Sequence record: DRR378314_2167 | DNA: 42,347 bases | Strand: one strand, 5' to 3' | Part shown: one piece after another, positions 29,761 to 40,910 of the stretch | How the letters are laid out: each line of letters starts with the position of its first letter | How positions within the stretch are numbered: the stretch's first letter is position 1 | The notes under the pieces: model-generated | The model's input: the letters and a program-made list of their open reading frames with translations, nothing else | The model's database searches: none | Told to the model about the DNA's origin: nothing | Position numbers and translations under genes: made by a program

Positions 29761-29779
29761 GTAAATGAGAATTATTTGC
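29761..29779. promoter_or_regulatory. Fur box
   Basis: GTAAATGAGAATTATTTGC upstream of the ornithine oxygenase. Confidence 0.7.
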
Positions 29780-29847
29780 TTTGTTCGCCGGGCGACGCCG
29801 GGCCTTCGTGCAATCTTTTCGCAATCCATTATTACGGGAGAACGGTG

Positions 29848-31161
29848 ATGAGCCACATACATGATTTTATTGGCGTCGGTTTTGGCCCGTCGAATCTGGC
29901 GTTGGCAATTGCAGCGCAGGAGTACGCTGAGAATGGAGGGGCGCCCGATGCCTGCTTCCTGGAGCGCAAGCCGGCATTCAACTGGCATGAGGGCATGTTG
30001 ATTGACGGCTCCACCATGCAGATTTCCTTTCTCAAGGATCTGGCCACCCTGCGCAATCCGCAAAGCCGCTTTACCTTCATCAACTATCTGAAGGAGCAGG
30101 GACGGCTGGAGGATTTCATCAATATCCAGACGTTCTTTCCCGCCCGGGAGGAATATAACGATTACCTGCAGTGGGCTGCCGGCCATTTTGATGACCAGGT
30201 GCATTACGGTCGCGAGGTTGAGGGCGTTGAACCATTCCTGAAAGACGGCCGGCTGATCGGGTTTGACGTGCTCTCCCGAACCGCCGAGGGCGAGCTTGAA
30301 AGCCGCAGGGCCCGTAACCTGGTGCTGGGCATGGGCGGTGCGCCGCAGGTGCCGGCGGCGTTTGAAGGGATAACCGACCCGCGCGTTGTGCACTCGTCGC
30401 AATACCGTGGCCGCATTGAAACGCTGCTCGCCGATAAGGGGAGCAAGGCGCGGGTTGCCGTGGTCGGAGGTGGCCAGAGTGCGGCGGAGATCTTCGAGGA
30501 TCTTACCCAGCGATTCCCCCAGGTGGACGCGTCGATGATCCTGCGCGGAACCGCCCTGAAGCCCTCGGACGACAGCCCGTTCGTCAACGAAATCTTCAAT
30601 CCGTCGTTTATCGACCAGATCTATCAGCAACCCGAGGCCCGCCGCCTGCAGTTGCTGGATGAGTTCCGCAACACCAACTACGCGGTGGTCGACCTGGAGT
30701 TGATCGAGCGCATTTTCCAGATGTTCTACCTCCAGAAACTGCGAGGCGAGGACCGGCACCAGATGCTGGCCCGTCGTGACATCAGCCGGGTAGAAGCCGG
30801 TGAGGGCGGTTTGCACCTGACCCTGCGGGACCTGGCCACCGACAGCCAGCAGGCGCTGGGCTTCGATGCCGTCATCCTGGCTACCGGTTACCGCCGTAAC
30901 CAGCACCACGAGCTGCTGGCGGGCCTGGGGGATCACCTTGAGAGCCTGACACCCGATCGCCACTACTGCCTCAACCTGCGTGACAGCGACGCGCGGATAT
31001 ACCTGCAGGGTTGCTGCGAGACCACGCACGGCCTGAGCGACACGCTGCTGTCGGTGCTCGCCGTTCGTTCACGAGAAGTGCTTGAGTCGATCCTGGAAGG
31101 TCGGGACAGCGGGCGTCCCGCCGTTGCGGATCGCAAAGCCCAGGCCACCTCAATGGTGTGA
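29848..31161 (+). CDS. pvdA: L-ornithine N5-monooxygenase (PvdA/SidA/IucD family)
   Basis: GVGFGPSNL, WHEGML, MQISFLKDL, GGGQSAAE, NTNYAVVD, LATGY, HGLSDTLLS; GGGAG RBS. Confidence 0.92.
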   Translation: MSHIHDFIGVGFGPSNLALAIAAQEYAENGGAPDACFLERKPAFNWHEGMLIDGSTMQISFLKDLATLRNPQSRFTFINYLKEQGRLEDFINIQTFFPAREEYNDYLQWAAGHFDDQVHYGREVEGVEPFLKDGRLIGFDVLSRTAEGELESRRARNLVLGMGGAPQVPAAFEGITDPRVVHSSQYRGRIETLLADKGSKARVAVVGGGQSAAEIFEDLTQRFPQVDASMILRGTALKPSDDSPFVNEIFNPSFIDQIYQQPEARRLQLLDEFRNTNYAVVDLELIERIFQMFYLQKLRGEDRHQMLARRDISRVEAGEGGLHLTLRDLATDSQQALGFDAVILATGYRRNQHHELLAGLGDHLESLTPDRHYCLNLRDSDARIYLQGCCETTHGLSDTLLSVLAVRSREVLESILEGRDSGRPAVADRKAQATSMV

Positions 31162-31232
31162 TGGCCCAGGGAAGAAAACCGCGGGGAGCAACGCCCCGCG
31201 GCGATGTGTTCTGAAATCATGCAGGTGCCAAG

Positions 31233-34200
31233 ATGAGCCTACACGCGGAACGGTTTCCGAATTTCGCCGATGTCCTTCGTTTTTACGCAGAGCAGCAACC
31301 CGAGTCCCTGGCCATCCGGCAGTTGGTCTCGGACGACGCGCCACCCCTGGTAACCAGTTACGGTGAACTCTACCAGCGCGCACAGGCGTTGGCGGGGTAT
31401 CTCCAGAACGAGCTGGGACTTGCACCGGGTGAACGCTGCATGCTGATGCTGCCCGGGGGCGCGGATTTTGCGGCGGCCTTCTTCGGTTGTTTCTACGCCG
31501 GGATTATCGCGATACCCGCCTACCCGCCGGAGCACGACCGCCAGGCCTATATTGATCGCCTCGGCGGAATTCTCCGGGATGGTAAGCCAATGGCCGTCCT
31601 TGCCCTGGAGCAGGACATCCGGCGTTACCAGTCGCGATTGGCGCCGCTGTTGCCCGAGGGTGGGCGTGTGGTGGCTGTGGATCGTATCGGGCTGCACTGG
31701 CAGGACGCGCTACAGGTGGTGCCACCCCAGAGCGAGGACCTGGCGTTTCTGCAGTACACCTCCGGCTCAACCTCCGCGCCCAAGGGGGTCATGGTCTCCC
31801 ATGCCAACCTGATGGCCAACGAGTACACCATGGCCGCAGCCTTCCAGGCGACAGAAAATGATGTGTGGATGACCTGGCTGCCGCTGTTTCATGACATGGG
31901 GTTGATGTCGGGGCTGCTGCTGCCAATCCTGCATGGCCACTGCGCCAACATGATGACACCGCAATTCTTCCTGGCCCGCCCGGCACGCTGGCTGGAGGCG
32001 ATGAGCGAATATCGGGTGACCTGCTCCGGTGGCCCGGATTTCGCCTACATGCTCTGTGCCTGGCGGGTGACCGATGAACAACTGGCAGGCCTGGACCTGT
32101 CCAGCTGGCGCCTGGCGTTCACCGGGTCGGAACCCATTCGTCCGGACACCCTGGAGCGCTTTGCCGACCGCATGGCGCCCTACGGTTTCCGTAGGGACAT
32201 TTTCGCACCCAGCTATGGTCTGGCCGAAGCCACCCTGTTTGTGACCTCCCACGGGTTCAACGGTGATTTCCAGACCCGAACCTTTGAGCCGGAACAGCTC
32301 TCCACCGCCGGCCTCAGCAGCGCCCATCAGCCCAGCAGACTGGTGGGTTGCGGCGGCAAATTTGGTGAGGACGACGTTCGCATCGTGGATCCCCAGACGT
32401 GGGAGCCCGTCGAGGACGGCCGCGTGGGCGAAATCTGGATTTCCGGCCCAAGCGTCGCCCAGGGCTATTGGGAAAAGCCCACGGCCACGGCGGAGACCTT
32501 TGTGCAGTGGCAGGACGGCCGTTGGCTGCGCAGTGGCGATCTCGGCATTGTCGAGGGCGGCCACCTTTATGTGGCCGGGCGCCAGAAGGATGTGATTATC
32601 GTCAATGGCCAGAACCTGTATCCCCAGGATATCGAGAGCACCCTGGAGCGGGAGATAGAACTCCTGATGCCCGGCCGGCTCGCCGCCTTTGCCACCACGG
32701 ACGCCCGGCAGGCGGAAGGTATAGGGCTGGCCCTGGAAGTGGGCCGGACTACCCGCAGAATGATCAAGCCGGCCATGATCTGCGCCACCATCGCGGAAAC
32801 CATGAGCGACACCCTAGGCATTGCGCCCCAGGTGATCTTGCTGCTGGAGCCCAAAACCCTGCCGCGCACCACCAGCGGCAAGCTGCAACGTGCGGCCTGT
32901 CGCGAGGGCTGGGAGCGCGGCGAGCTGTCCGTGTTTGCCGGCTGGCAGGACGGTCGCATGCTGGAGGAGGGCGCCTCGGCCCCGGCTGAAACATCGGCTG
33001 AAGTAGGGCTGACACTGCTCCCGGAAGTCGTGGCCGCCTGGCAGGCGGCGCTTGAGCGCGACGATCTGGACAGCAACGCCCACTTCTTCACCTGGGGCGG
33101 CGATTCGGTCGGCGCCATGCAGATGCTGTCCCGAGTGGAACGTGACCTTGGGTTGACCATTGAGCCGGCCATTCTGTTCGAGCATCCCCGCCTCGGCGAC
33201 TTTTCCCGCTGGGTGTCGAAGCAGCGTGCCAATGGCCAGGGAGTCGACCCAATCACACGTCTTCCGGACGACGCGGAACCCCTGCAATCCTTTGCCCAGC
33301 AGCGGCTCTGGTTCCTGGACCAACTGGAAGGCGGCTCCAGCGCCTATCACTTGTGCGGCGAATGGCAGTTCACGGGCAGCCTTGATGAAGACGCGCTCCA
33401 GCGCAGTTTGAATGCCCTGGCAGAGCGTCATGAAAGCCTGCGCACGGTGTTTGCCGAAACGGATGACAACCGTGGCCTGCAACGGATACAGCCGGCGGCA
33501 CCGGTGACCATCCATCGTCATGACCTTGGCGGCGAGGATTCTCCCGCAAGCGCGCTGGATAACCTCAGCCGAGCCCTGGTCAGCCAGCCCACGAATCTCG
33601 AGCAGGGTCCGTTATGGCAGGTGCACCGGATTGACCTTGGCGAAAGCAACCATCGCCTGTTGCTGGTGATTCATCACATTATCGCCGACGGCTGGTCAGC
33701 GCAGGTGCTGGTGAAAGAATTCGCTCAGCTCTACACCGCCTTTGCGCAAGGACAGGATCCGGCGCTACCGGAGCTGCCCATCCGCTATTCCGACTACGCC
33801 CAATGGCACCGGGAGACCATGGAGGCCGGTGAAGCCGAACGCCAGTTGAGCTGGTGGAAGCAGCAGTTGGGTGATGAGCAACCGGTGCTGGAGCTCCCTG
33901 CCGACCGGCCGCGCCCCGAGTCCCAGAGCCATCATGGTGCCAGGGTGGCCTTTGCCTTCCCGGAATCGGTCAGTGAGAAGCTTCGGCAGTTGGCCAGGGA
34001 TCAGGGCGTGACGCTCTTCATGGTCATGCTGGCGCTCTATAAAACCCAGCTGTATCGCTATTCCGGCCAGCGGGACCTACGGGTAGGGGTGCCTGTGTCC
34101 GGTCGGTCGCGGCCGGAAACCGAAGGTCTTGTCGGCCTGTTCGTCAACACCCTGGTGCTGCGCAGTCAGCCCGGAGCGACGCAGGGCTTCACTGATTTCC

Positions 34201-37200
34201 TGGCCTCGGTCCGTGATACCACCCTTGGGGCACAGGCCCATGCAGATCTGCCGTTTGAGCAATTGGTGGATGCACTGCAGCCGGAGCGTAACCTGCGCCA
34301 CAACCCCCTGTGCCAGGTGAAGTTCACCCAGCAGTTCCTGTTGCCCGAGAATGTCGGGCTGCCCGGGGCGACGCTCACCATGCGCCAGCGGGACGACGAC
34401 AGCGCGCATTTTGATCTGGGTTTTGATATCACCGATCAGCACCGGGGTATAGAGGGCGTACTTACCTACGCCTGCGACCTGTTCGACGAGCCGCGTATTC
34501 GTGGGCTTGCCGAGGAACTGGTCAACCTGGCCGAACAGGTCACCGCGAATCCCTCGCGGCCGCTGGGCGAGCTGGCGCTGTTGGCGACACCATCGGCGCT
34601 GGAGGGACCGAAAGCGGACTTCCCGGCACGGGATCTGATGTCGCTCTGGAATGGGCATATCCAGTCCAGCACCGGGCAACAGGCACTGCAGTACGAGGGC
34701 CAGGCGTTCGACTACGGCTGGCTGGAGGCCAAATCCAACCGGCTGGCGCATCACCTGCAAAGGCAGGGCGTGGCAGCGAATTCGCCGGTCGGGCTTTGCC
34801 TCGATCGCTCGCCGGAATTCGTGGTCGGCGTTCTGGCAGTGCTCAAGGCCGGCGGGGCCTTCGTGCCCCTGGACCCGAAATGGCCGGCTGATCGTCAGGC
34901 GTTTGTGCTGAAGGATTGCGGCGCCGGATGGTTGTTGGGTCATGAAACGTTGCCCGGCTTCGAAGGCGCCTTGATCGGCTTCTCCGCAGGGGCTGATTGG
35001 AAGAGCGAATCCGCCGAATCGCTGGACACCGTGATTGAGCCTGCGCAGGCCGCCTACCTGATCTACACCTCCGGCACCAGCGGCACCCCCAAAGGCGTGG
35101 TGGTCAGTCACGGCGCCATTGCGAACTATGTACAGGGTCTGTTGCAGACCATCGAACCCTCGGCGAAGGCCACCATGGCAATGGTTTCGACCGTTGCGGC
35201 GGACCTGGGCCATACCACGTTATTTGGCGCCCTGTGCAGTGGTCGTACGCTGCACCTGTTGAGTGCCGACCGGGTCATGGACGCGGACGCTTTCGCCAGC
35301 TACATGGCTGAGCATCAGGTCGACACCCTGAAGATCGTGCCCACCCACCTTTCCGGTGTGTTGCAGGCCGCCGACCCGGCCCGGGTATTGCCCCGTGAGG
35401 CCCTGATACTGGGCGGTGAAGCGCTGCCTGCGGCATTGCTGCGTCAGGTGCGCGAACTGAACCCCGGCTGCCGTGTGTTCAACCACTACGGGCCGTCCGA
35501 GTCCACCGTGGGTGTGCTGACGACGGAACCGGGCGATGAGCAGGATGCGATCGTGCCGTTGGGCACGCCGCTGCCGAACATTCGCGCGCAGGTGCTGAGC
35601 GACGAGCGTTTGCCTCTGCCCCAGGGAGCCATTGGCGAACTCTACCTTGGCGGTGCCGGCCTTGCGCGGGGATACCTTGGCCAGGCGGAGCAGACGGCCG
35701 CGGTCTTTGTGGAGGATCCCCGGTCTCCGGGCAAAAGGCTTTATGCCACGGGTGACCGGGCACAGTTATTGGCGGATGGACGCCTGACCTTCCACGGCCG
35801 CAACGACGACCAGGTGAAGGTCCGCGGCTACCGGGTCTCACTGGGTGAGATCGCACAGCGCACCCGTGCGTTCGACGGCGTCAGCGATGCCCATGTGCAG
35901 GTCGACGACAATGGCCAGATTGTGGCGTATCCGCTAGCGACTGAGCTGGATACGGACGCCCTGGGTGAAACATTGGCAAGACAGTTGCCGGACTACATGG
36001 TGCCGGCGCATATCCTGCCGCTGGCTGAATTTCCGCTGACCCCGAATGGCAAGCTCGACCGCAAGGCGTTACCGCAACCGGAGCGTAAGGGTGAGGATTT
36101 CGCGGCGCCGCTGGCGGGTGTGGAAACCATACTCGCGGAACTCTGGCAGTCGCTGCTGCACCTTGAAAAGGTCGGCCGCCACGACAACTTCTTCAGCCTG
36201 GGCGGCGATTCCATCATCAGCCTCCAGGTGATTGCCCGCGCCCGCAAGCAGGGCGTGAAGCTCACCCCCAAGCAGTTGTTCGAGAAGCAGACCATCGCTG
36301 AACTGGCCCAGGTGGCTGAGGTTCAGGAGGCCGCTGCCGAGCCGAAACCGGCAGCCAGGGAGGAAGTGCCCCAGGCCTTCCCGCTGACACCGATCCAGCA
36401 ACGCTTCTTCAATCAGCCCGTTGATGATCGCAATCAATGGAGCCAGGCGCTGCGCCTGCGTATCCGCTCACCGCTCAAGGCGGAGCCCCTGCGCAAGGCC
36501 CTGGCCGCCGTGGTCGATGCCCACCCCGCCTTGCGGTTGCGTTTCGATGCCGACCCGCGCACGCAGACTTACAGCCGCGAGGAAAAGGCCGATCTGCTCT
36601 GGACCCTGGAAACCGACGATGAACAGGCCCTGCTTTCGACCTTCAACGACGCGCAGCGCAGTCTCGACCTGTCGAACGGGCCGCTGCTGCGCGGTGTGTT
36701 GGTCTCGCGGCAAGACGGCCGGCAGGAGCTGCTGATCACCGCCCATCACCTGGCGGTGGACGGTGTCTCCTGGCGGGTGCTGCTGGAGGATCTGCAGCTT
36801 GCCTATGAGCAGGCCGCGGGCGGCAGGGCCATCGAGCTGGAAGGGGAGATCGACGGCTTGCATGACTGGGCGCGTTACCTGCATCGGGATCTTGCCAATG
36901 GCCGCCTGGACGGAGAACTCGCCTATTGGCAAGGGTTCTCCGCCGAGGAGGCGACCCTGCCTTGCGACAACCCAGATGGCACAGCCCGGGTTGCCGACGG
37001 CGATCACGTGCGAATGACGCTCGATGAAGCGCAGACCCAACGGCTGCTCAACAACGCGCCGACCGCCTTCCGCACCCGGATCAACGACCTGCTGCTGGCG
37101 GCATTGGCCCAGGCGCTGGGCCAATGGTCCGGCCGCAGCCGCCATGTGATCAACCTGGAAGGTCATGGCCGCAATGGCCCTGACGGGGCGCCGGACGTGA

Positions 37201-40200
37201 GCCGCACGGTGGGCTGGTTCACAACGCTGTATCCGGTGGCGCTGGAAGCCAGCGACGATGCGCTCGACACACTCAAACGCACGAAGGAAATGCTGCGTCA
37301 GGTGCGGGGCGACGGGTTGGGCTATGGTGTGCTTAAGGAGCTGCAGGGCGCGGAACTGCCGGAATTGACCGGCGCCGGCCTGACATTCAACTACCTCGGC
37401 CGTTTCGACGGCGACGCGAGCTCGCAATTTGCCCTTGAAGACAAGCCCGTCGGCGATACGCGCCACGGCTCCGGCCCCCTGGCGAACGCGCTGGTGGTGG
37501 ACGGCCAGATCCGCAATGGCCAGTTGCAGCTGGACTGGACCTACAGCCGTGCGAGGTTCGACAAGTCGCGGGTGACCCGTCTGATCGACCTGTACCGCGA
37601 AGCATTAGTGACGCTGATTGAAGCCTGTGAGGCGCGGACGGGCGGCCTGACACCGTCGGACGTGCCGCTGGCCGACATGGACCAGCCGCAACTGGATGCC
37701 CTGGAAAACCCTGCGAATATCGAGGATATCCTGCCCCTGGCGCCGATGCAGGAAGGCATCCTGCTGCACAGTCTGCTGGAGCGGGGCAGCGGCATCTACC
37801 TGATGCAGGACCAGTATGAGGTGCGTAGCGAGGTGGATTTCGAGGCCTTCAAGGCGGCCTGGCACGCGGTGGTCCAGCGCCATCCCATGCTCCGGACCGC
37901 CTTCCACGGCCTGGACGGTGGCACCCAGCACCAGATTGTCTATCGCGACGTACCGTCGCCGTCGCAGTTGATCGACCTGAGTCACCTCGACCGGGCCGAT
38001 GCCGAGGCGGAACTGGACGAACTATTGGCCGACGAACGCCGCCAAGGCTTCGATTTCACCAAACCTCCGCTGCTGCGTCTTCGCCTGGTGCGCTTCGGCC
38101 CGGGCGAGTACCGCATTGTGCAAAGCCACCACCACGCGTTGATCGACGCCTGGTGCCGCGGCCTGATGCTGGCGGAGTTCTTCGATCATTACCGCGCATT
38201 GGTGGAGGGTCGGCAGCCGGTGGTGACCCCGGCGCGCCCCTACCGTGACTTTATCGCCTGGCTGCAACGCCAGGATGCCGAACAGGCATTCCGTTTCTGG
38301 CGCAATAACCTGGGCGGCTTTACCGACGTCACGCCACTGCCGTACCAGCGAACGGCGTCAGGGCGCGCGTCCATCCGGGATGTGTCCCTTTCGCTCTCTG
38401 CCGGGGAGACGGCACAGCTGGCCGAACGGGCGCGCGGTGAGAAGCTGACGGTGAATACCTTCATGCAGGCCGCCTGGGCGCTGGTGCTGATGCGTCACGG
38501 TGGTCTGGACGAAGCCCTGTTCGGGGTGACCGTTGCCGGTCGCCCGGCGGAGCTGGATGGCATAGAGGAAACCCTTGGCCTGTTCATCAACACGCTGCCG
38601 CTGCGTATTGGTGCTGAAAGCGCGACCCAGACCGGGCTCGACTTCCTGCATTCATTGCAGTCCGCCAACGCCGCCATACGCCAGCACGAACACCTGTCCC
38701 TGGCGGAGGTGCAGAACCTGGCGGATACCCCGCGCGGCGACGCCCTGTTCGACAGCCTGTTTGTGTTCGAGAACGTGCCCATGGGGGCGGACGTGCAGCA
38801 GGCTGCCGAAGCCTACGGCATCACACCCCTGGCCAACCGCACCCACACCAACTACCCGCTGACCGTGGTCATCCTGCCGGGCGAGACCTACCAACTGCAG
38901 TTCAGCTACGACCAGCGGGTTTTCCGTGACCGGGATATGCAGGCGTTGCTGGACCAGTACCACCAGGTTCTGCGCCAGTTGATGCAGGCACCGGAGCAGC
39001 CGCTTGCCGCTATCCAGCTGGTTTCGGCCGGGGAACGGGGCGAACTGCTCGGGCTCGGCCAGGGCCAGGTGGAACCGGACTGGATGAGCCTGAGCTGGCT
39101 CGAACGGTTCGAGGCCTGGGCGCTGGCGGATCCCGGCCGGGAAGTGGCCCGCTGCCAGGGCGACGGCATGAGCTACGCCGAGCTTAACCAACGGGCCAAC
39201 CGCATCGGTCATGGCCTGATTGAGGCAGGCGTGAAGCCGGATCAGGTGGTGGCGCTGTACTCGCCCCGCAACCTGGACCTGCTGACCATGATCGTGGGCG
39301 CCTTCAAGGCCGGCGGCGCCTACCTGGCACTGGATGAGCGCCATCCGCCGGCCCGCAGTGGCCGCATGTTGCACAGCAGCCACGCGCCCGTGCTGGTCAC
39401 GCCGGAGGCCTGCCTGGAGCAGGTCGATGCCATTCTGGCGGACACCGAAGCGCGCCCACGGCTGATCACCCTGGAGTCCCTGTTGGCCACGGCTCGGGAT
39501 GGTAACCCGCGCCGCTATCCAGCGATGGATCAACTGGCCTACGTTATCTACACCTCCGGCTCCACCGGTGAGCCCAAGGGCGTGATGGTTAACCAGCGGG
39601 GCATGCTCAACAACCAGTTGTCCAAGGTGCCCTATCTGGAACTGGGTGAGGGCGATGTGATCGCCCAGACGGCGGCCACCGGCTTCGACATCTCCGTGTG
39701 GCAGTTTCTGACCGCGCCGCTGTTTGGCGGCCGCCTGGACATCATTCCCGATGAGATCACCCACGATCCCCAGCGGCTGCTCGAGGCCGTGGCCGACAGC
39801 GGCGTTACCGTGCTGGAAAGCGTGCCTGCGGTAATCGACGGCATTCTTGCGGTGCCGGAGCAGCGACTGGGATTGCGCTGGCTGCTGCCCACCGGCGAGG
39901 CCCTCGGCCGGGAACTGGCCCAGCGCTGGTTCGAGCGTTACCCGCGCATTCCACTGGTCAACGCCTATGGGCCGGCGGAGTGCGCCGACGACGTGGCGCT
40001 CCACACCCTGGCAGGCCTGGAGGATACCCGCGCCGGCATTCCCATCGGCAAACCCACCGACAACAACCGGCTTTACGTGCTCGACAGTCAGTTGGAGCTG
40101 GCACCGAGCGGCGTGGTTGGCGAGTTGTACGTGGGCGGCACCGGTGTCGGCCGTGGTTATGCCGGCCGTCCGGAGCTGACTGCGGAACGCTTCGTCCCGG

Positions 40201-40910
40201 ACCCCTTCGGCGAACCCGGCGACCGCCTGTACCGCACCGGTGACCTGGCGCGCTGGAACGATGACGGCGTGCTCGAGTACGCCGGCCGTGCCGACTTTCA
40301 GGTGAAGATCCGCGGCCAGCGCATCGAACCGGGCGAGATCGAATCCTGCCTGCTGGCCTGCAACGGCATTCGCCAGGCGGTGGTGGCGGCCCAGCAAACA
40401 CCCCACGGTGCCCAACTGGTGGCCTACCTGGTGCCTGACGATGGCCTCCACCTGGAAACCGAAAGCCTGCGGGACCGACTGTCCCACGAACTGCCGGCGG
40501 TGATGGTGCCCACCCATCTGGTGGTGCTTGACCGCCTGCCGCTGAACGCCAACGGCAAGCTGGACCGCAAGGCCCTGCCGCAGCCGGAGCTTGAGGTACG
40601 CCGCTACATCGCCCCGGACGGCGAACTGGAACAAACCCTGGCGCAACTCTGGAAAGACCTGCTGCAGGTCGAGCAGGTGGGTCGCCACGACCACTTCTTT
40701 GAGCTGGGCGGCCACTCCTTGCTGGCCACCCGCCTGCTGTCACGGATCCGCGAGCGCCTGGGCGTAAGCGTGCCGCTGGCTGAAGCCTTTGAAGCCACCA
40801 CGGTGGCGGCCATGGCGGCCGTGATCGAGCGACTGCAGGGCCAGACCCTGGACCAGGACCGCCTGGATAATCTTGATGCATTGATGAGTGAACTGGAGGA
40901 GATTGAATAA
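31233..40910 (+). CDS. Siderophore NRPS: FAAL-ACP-C-A(Asp)-PCP-E-C-A(Dab)-PCP
   Basis: FAAL ([23 protein letters not shown]), GGDS, HHIIADG, A1, GGDSI, E ([22 protein letters not shown]), [10 protein letters not shown]2, GGHSL. Confidence 0.95.
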   Translation: MSLHAERFPNFADVLRFYAEQQPESLAIRQLVSDDAPPLVTSYGELYQRAQALAGYLQNELGLAPGERCMLMLPGGADFAAAFFGCFYAGIIAIPAYPPEHDRQAYIDRLGGILRDGKPMAVLALEQDIRRYQSRLAPLLPEGGRVVAVDRIGLHWQDALQVVPPQSEDLAFLQYTSGSTSAPKGVMVSHANLMANEYTMAAAFQATENDVWMTWLPLFHDMGLMSGLLLPILHGHCANMMTPQFFLARPARWLEAMSEYRVTCSGGPDFAYMLCAWRVTDEQLAGLDLSSWRLAFTGSEPIRPDTLERFADRMAPYGFRRDIFAPSYGLAEATLFVTSHGFNGDFQTRTFEPEQLSTAGLSSAHQPSRLVGCGGKFGEDDVRIVDPQTWEPVEDGRVGEIWISGPSVAQGYWEKPTATAETFVQWQDGRWLRSGDLGIVEGGHLYVAGRQKDVIIVNGQNLYPQDIESTLEREIELLMPGRLAAFATTDARQAEGIGLALEVGRTTRRMIKPAMICATIAETMSDTLGIAPQVILLLEPKTLPRTTSGKLQRAACREGWERGELSVFAGWQDGRMLEEGASAPAETSAEVGLTLLPEVVAAWQAALERDDLDSNAHFFTWGGDSVGAMQMLSRVERDLGLTIEPAILFEHPRLGDFSRWVSKQRANGQGVDPITRLPDDAEPLQSFAQQRLWFLDQLEGGSSAYHLCGEWQFTGSLDEDALQRSLNALAERHESLRTVFAETDDNRGLQRIQPAAPVTIHRHDLGGEDSPASALDNLSRALVSQPTNLEQGPLWQVHRIDLGESNHRLLLVIHHIIADGWSAQVLVKEFAQLYTAFAQGQDPALPELPIRYSDYAQWHRETMEAGEAERQLSWWKQQLGDEQPVLELPADRPRPESQSHHGARVAFAFPESVSEKLRQLARDQGVTLFMVMLALYKTQLYRYSGQRDLRVGVPVSGRSRPETEGLVGLFVNTLVLRSQPGATQGFTDFLASVRDTTLGAQAHADLPFEQLVDALQPERNLRHNPLCQVKFTQQFLLPENVGLPGATLTMRQRDDDSAHFDLGFDITDQHRGIEGVLTYACDLFDEPRIRGLAEELVNLAEQVTANPSRPLGELALLATPSALEGPKADFPARDLMSLWNGHIQSSTGQQALQYEGQAFDYGWLEAKSNRLAHHLQRQGVAANSPVGLCLDRSPEFVVGVLAVLKAGGAFVPLDPKWPADRQAFVLKDCGAGWLLGHETLPGFEGALIGFSAGADWKSESAESLDTVIEPAQAAYLIYTSGTSGTPKGVVVSHGAIANYVQGLLQTIEPSAKATMAMVSTVAADLGHTTLFGALCSGRTLHLLSADRVMDADAFASYMAEHQVDTLKIVPTHLSGVLQAADPARVLPREALILGGEALPAALLRQVRELNPGCRVFNHYGPSESTVGVLTTEPGDEQDAIVPLGTPLPNIRAQVLSDERLPLPQGAIGELYLGGAGLARGYLGQAEQTAAVFVEDPRSPGKRLYATGDRAQLLADGRLTFHGRNDDQVKVRGYRVSLGEIAQRTRAFDGVSDAHVQVDDNGQIVAYPLATELDTDALGETLARQLPDYMVPAHILPLAEFPLTPNGKLDRKALPQPERKGEDFAAPLAGVETILAELWQSLLHLEKVGRHDNFFSLGGDSIISLQVIARARKQGVKLTPKQLFEKQTIAELAQVAEVQEAAAEPKPAAREEVPQAFPLTPIQQRFFNQPVDDRNQWSQALRLRIRSPLKAEPLRKALAAVVDAHPALRLRFDADPRTQTYSREEKADLLWTLETDDEQALLSTFNDAQRSLDLSNGPLLRGVLVSRQDGRQELLITAHHLAVDGVSWRVLLEDLQLAYEQAAGGRAIELEGEIDGLHDWARYLHRDLANGRLDGELAYWQGFSAEEATLPCDNPDGTARVADGDHVRMTLDEAQTQRLLNNAPTAFRTRINDLLLAALAQALGQWSGRSRHVINLEGHGRNGPDGAPDVSRTVGWFTTLYPVALEASDDALDTLKRTKEMLRQVRGDGLGYGVLKELQGAELPELTGAGLTFNYLGRFDGDASSQFALEDKPVGDTRHGSGPLANALVVDGQIRNGQLQLDWTYSRARFDKSRVTRLIDLYREALVTLIEACEARTGGLTPSDVPLADMDQPQLDALENPANIEDILPLAPMQEGILLHSLLERGSGIYLMQDQYEVRSEVDFEAFKAAWHAVVQRHPMLRTAFHGLDGGTQHQIVYRDVPSPSQLIDLSHLDRADAEAELDELLADERRQGFDFTKPPLLRLRLVRFGPGEYRIVQSHHHALIDAWCRGLMLAEFFDHYRALVEGRQPVVTPARPYRDFIAWLQRQDAEQAFRFWRNNLGGFTDVTPLPYQRTASGRASIRDVSLSLSAGETAQLAERARGEKLTVNTFMQAAWALVLMRHGGLDEALFGVTVAGRPAELDGIEETLGLFINTLPLRIGAESATQTGLDFLHSLQSANAAIRQHEHLSLAEVQNLADTPRGDALFDSLFVFENVPMGADVQQAAEAYGITPLANRTHTNYPLTVVILPGETYQLQFSYDQRVFRDRDMQALLDQYHQVLRQLMQAPEQPLAAIQLVSAGERGELLGLGQGQVEPDWMSLSWLERFEAWALADPGREVARCQGDGMSYAELNQRANRIGHGLIEAGVKPDQVVALYSPRNLDLLTMIVGAFKAGGAYLALDERHPPARSGRMLHSSHAPVLVTPEACLEQVDAILADTEARPRLITLESLLATARDGNPRRYPAMDQLAYVIYTSGSTGEPKGVMVNQRGMLNNQLSKVPYLELGEGDVIAQTAATGFDISVWQFLTAPLFGGRLDIIPDEITHDPQRLLEAVADSGVTVLESVPAVIDGILAVPEQRLGLRWLLPTGEALGRELAQRWFERYPRIPLVNAYGPAECADDVALHTLAGLEDTRAGIPIGKPTDNNRLYVLDSQLELAPSGVVGELYVGGTGVGRGYAGRPELTAERFVPDPFGEPGDRLYRTGDLARWNDDGVLEYAGRADFQVKIRGQRIEPGEIESCLLACNGIRQAVVAAQQTPHGAQLVAYLVPDDGLHLETESLRDRLSHELPAVMVPTHLVVLDRLPLNANGKLDRKALPQPELEVRRYIAPDGELEQTLAQLWKDLLQVEQVGRHDHFFELGGHSLLATRLLSRIRERLGVSVPLAEAFEATTVAAMAAVIERLQGQTLDQDRLDNLDALMSELEEIE

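Noticed and set aside
31179-31201. GC hairpin between pvdA and the NRPS as a + strand terminator or riboswitch
   Set aside because: No U-tract on the + strand and no recognisable aptamer; at most a stability element
38652-40715. 687-aa antisense ORF, and similar long ones at 29542-31029, 17452-18666, 10942-12177 and 2150-3043
   Set aside because: Shadow ORFs opposite well-supported genes; expected from GC-rich codon bias; no motifs
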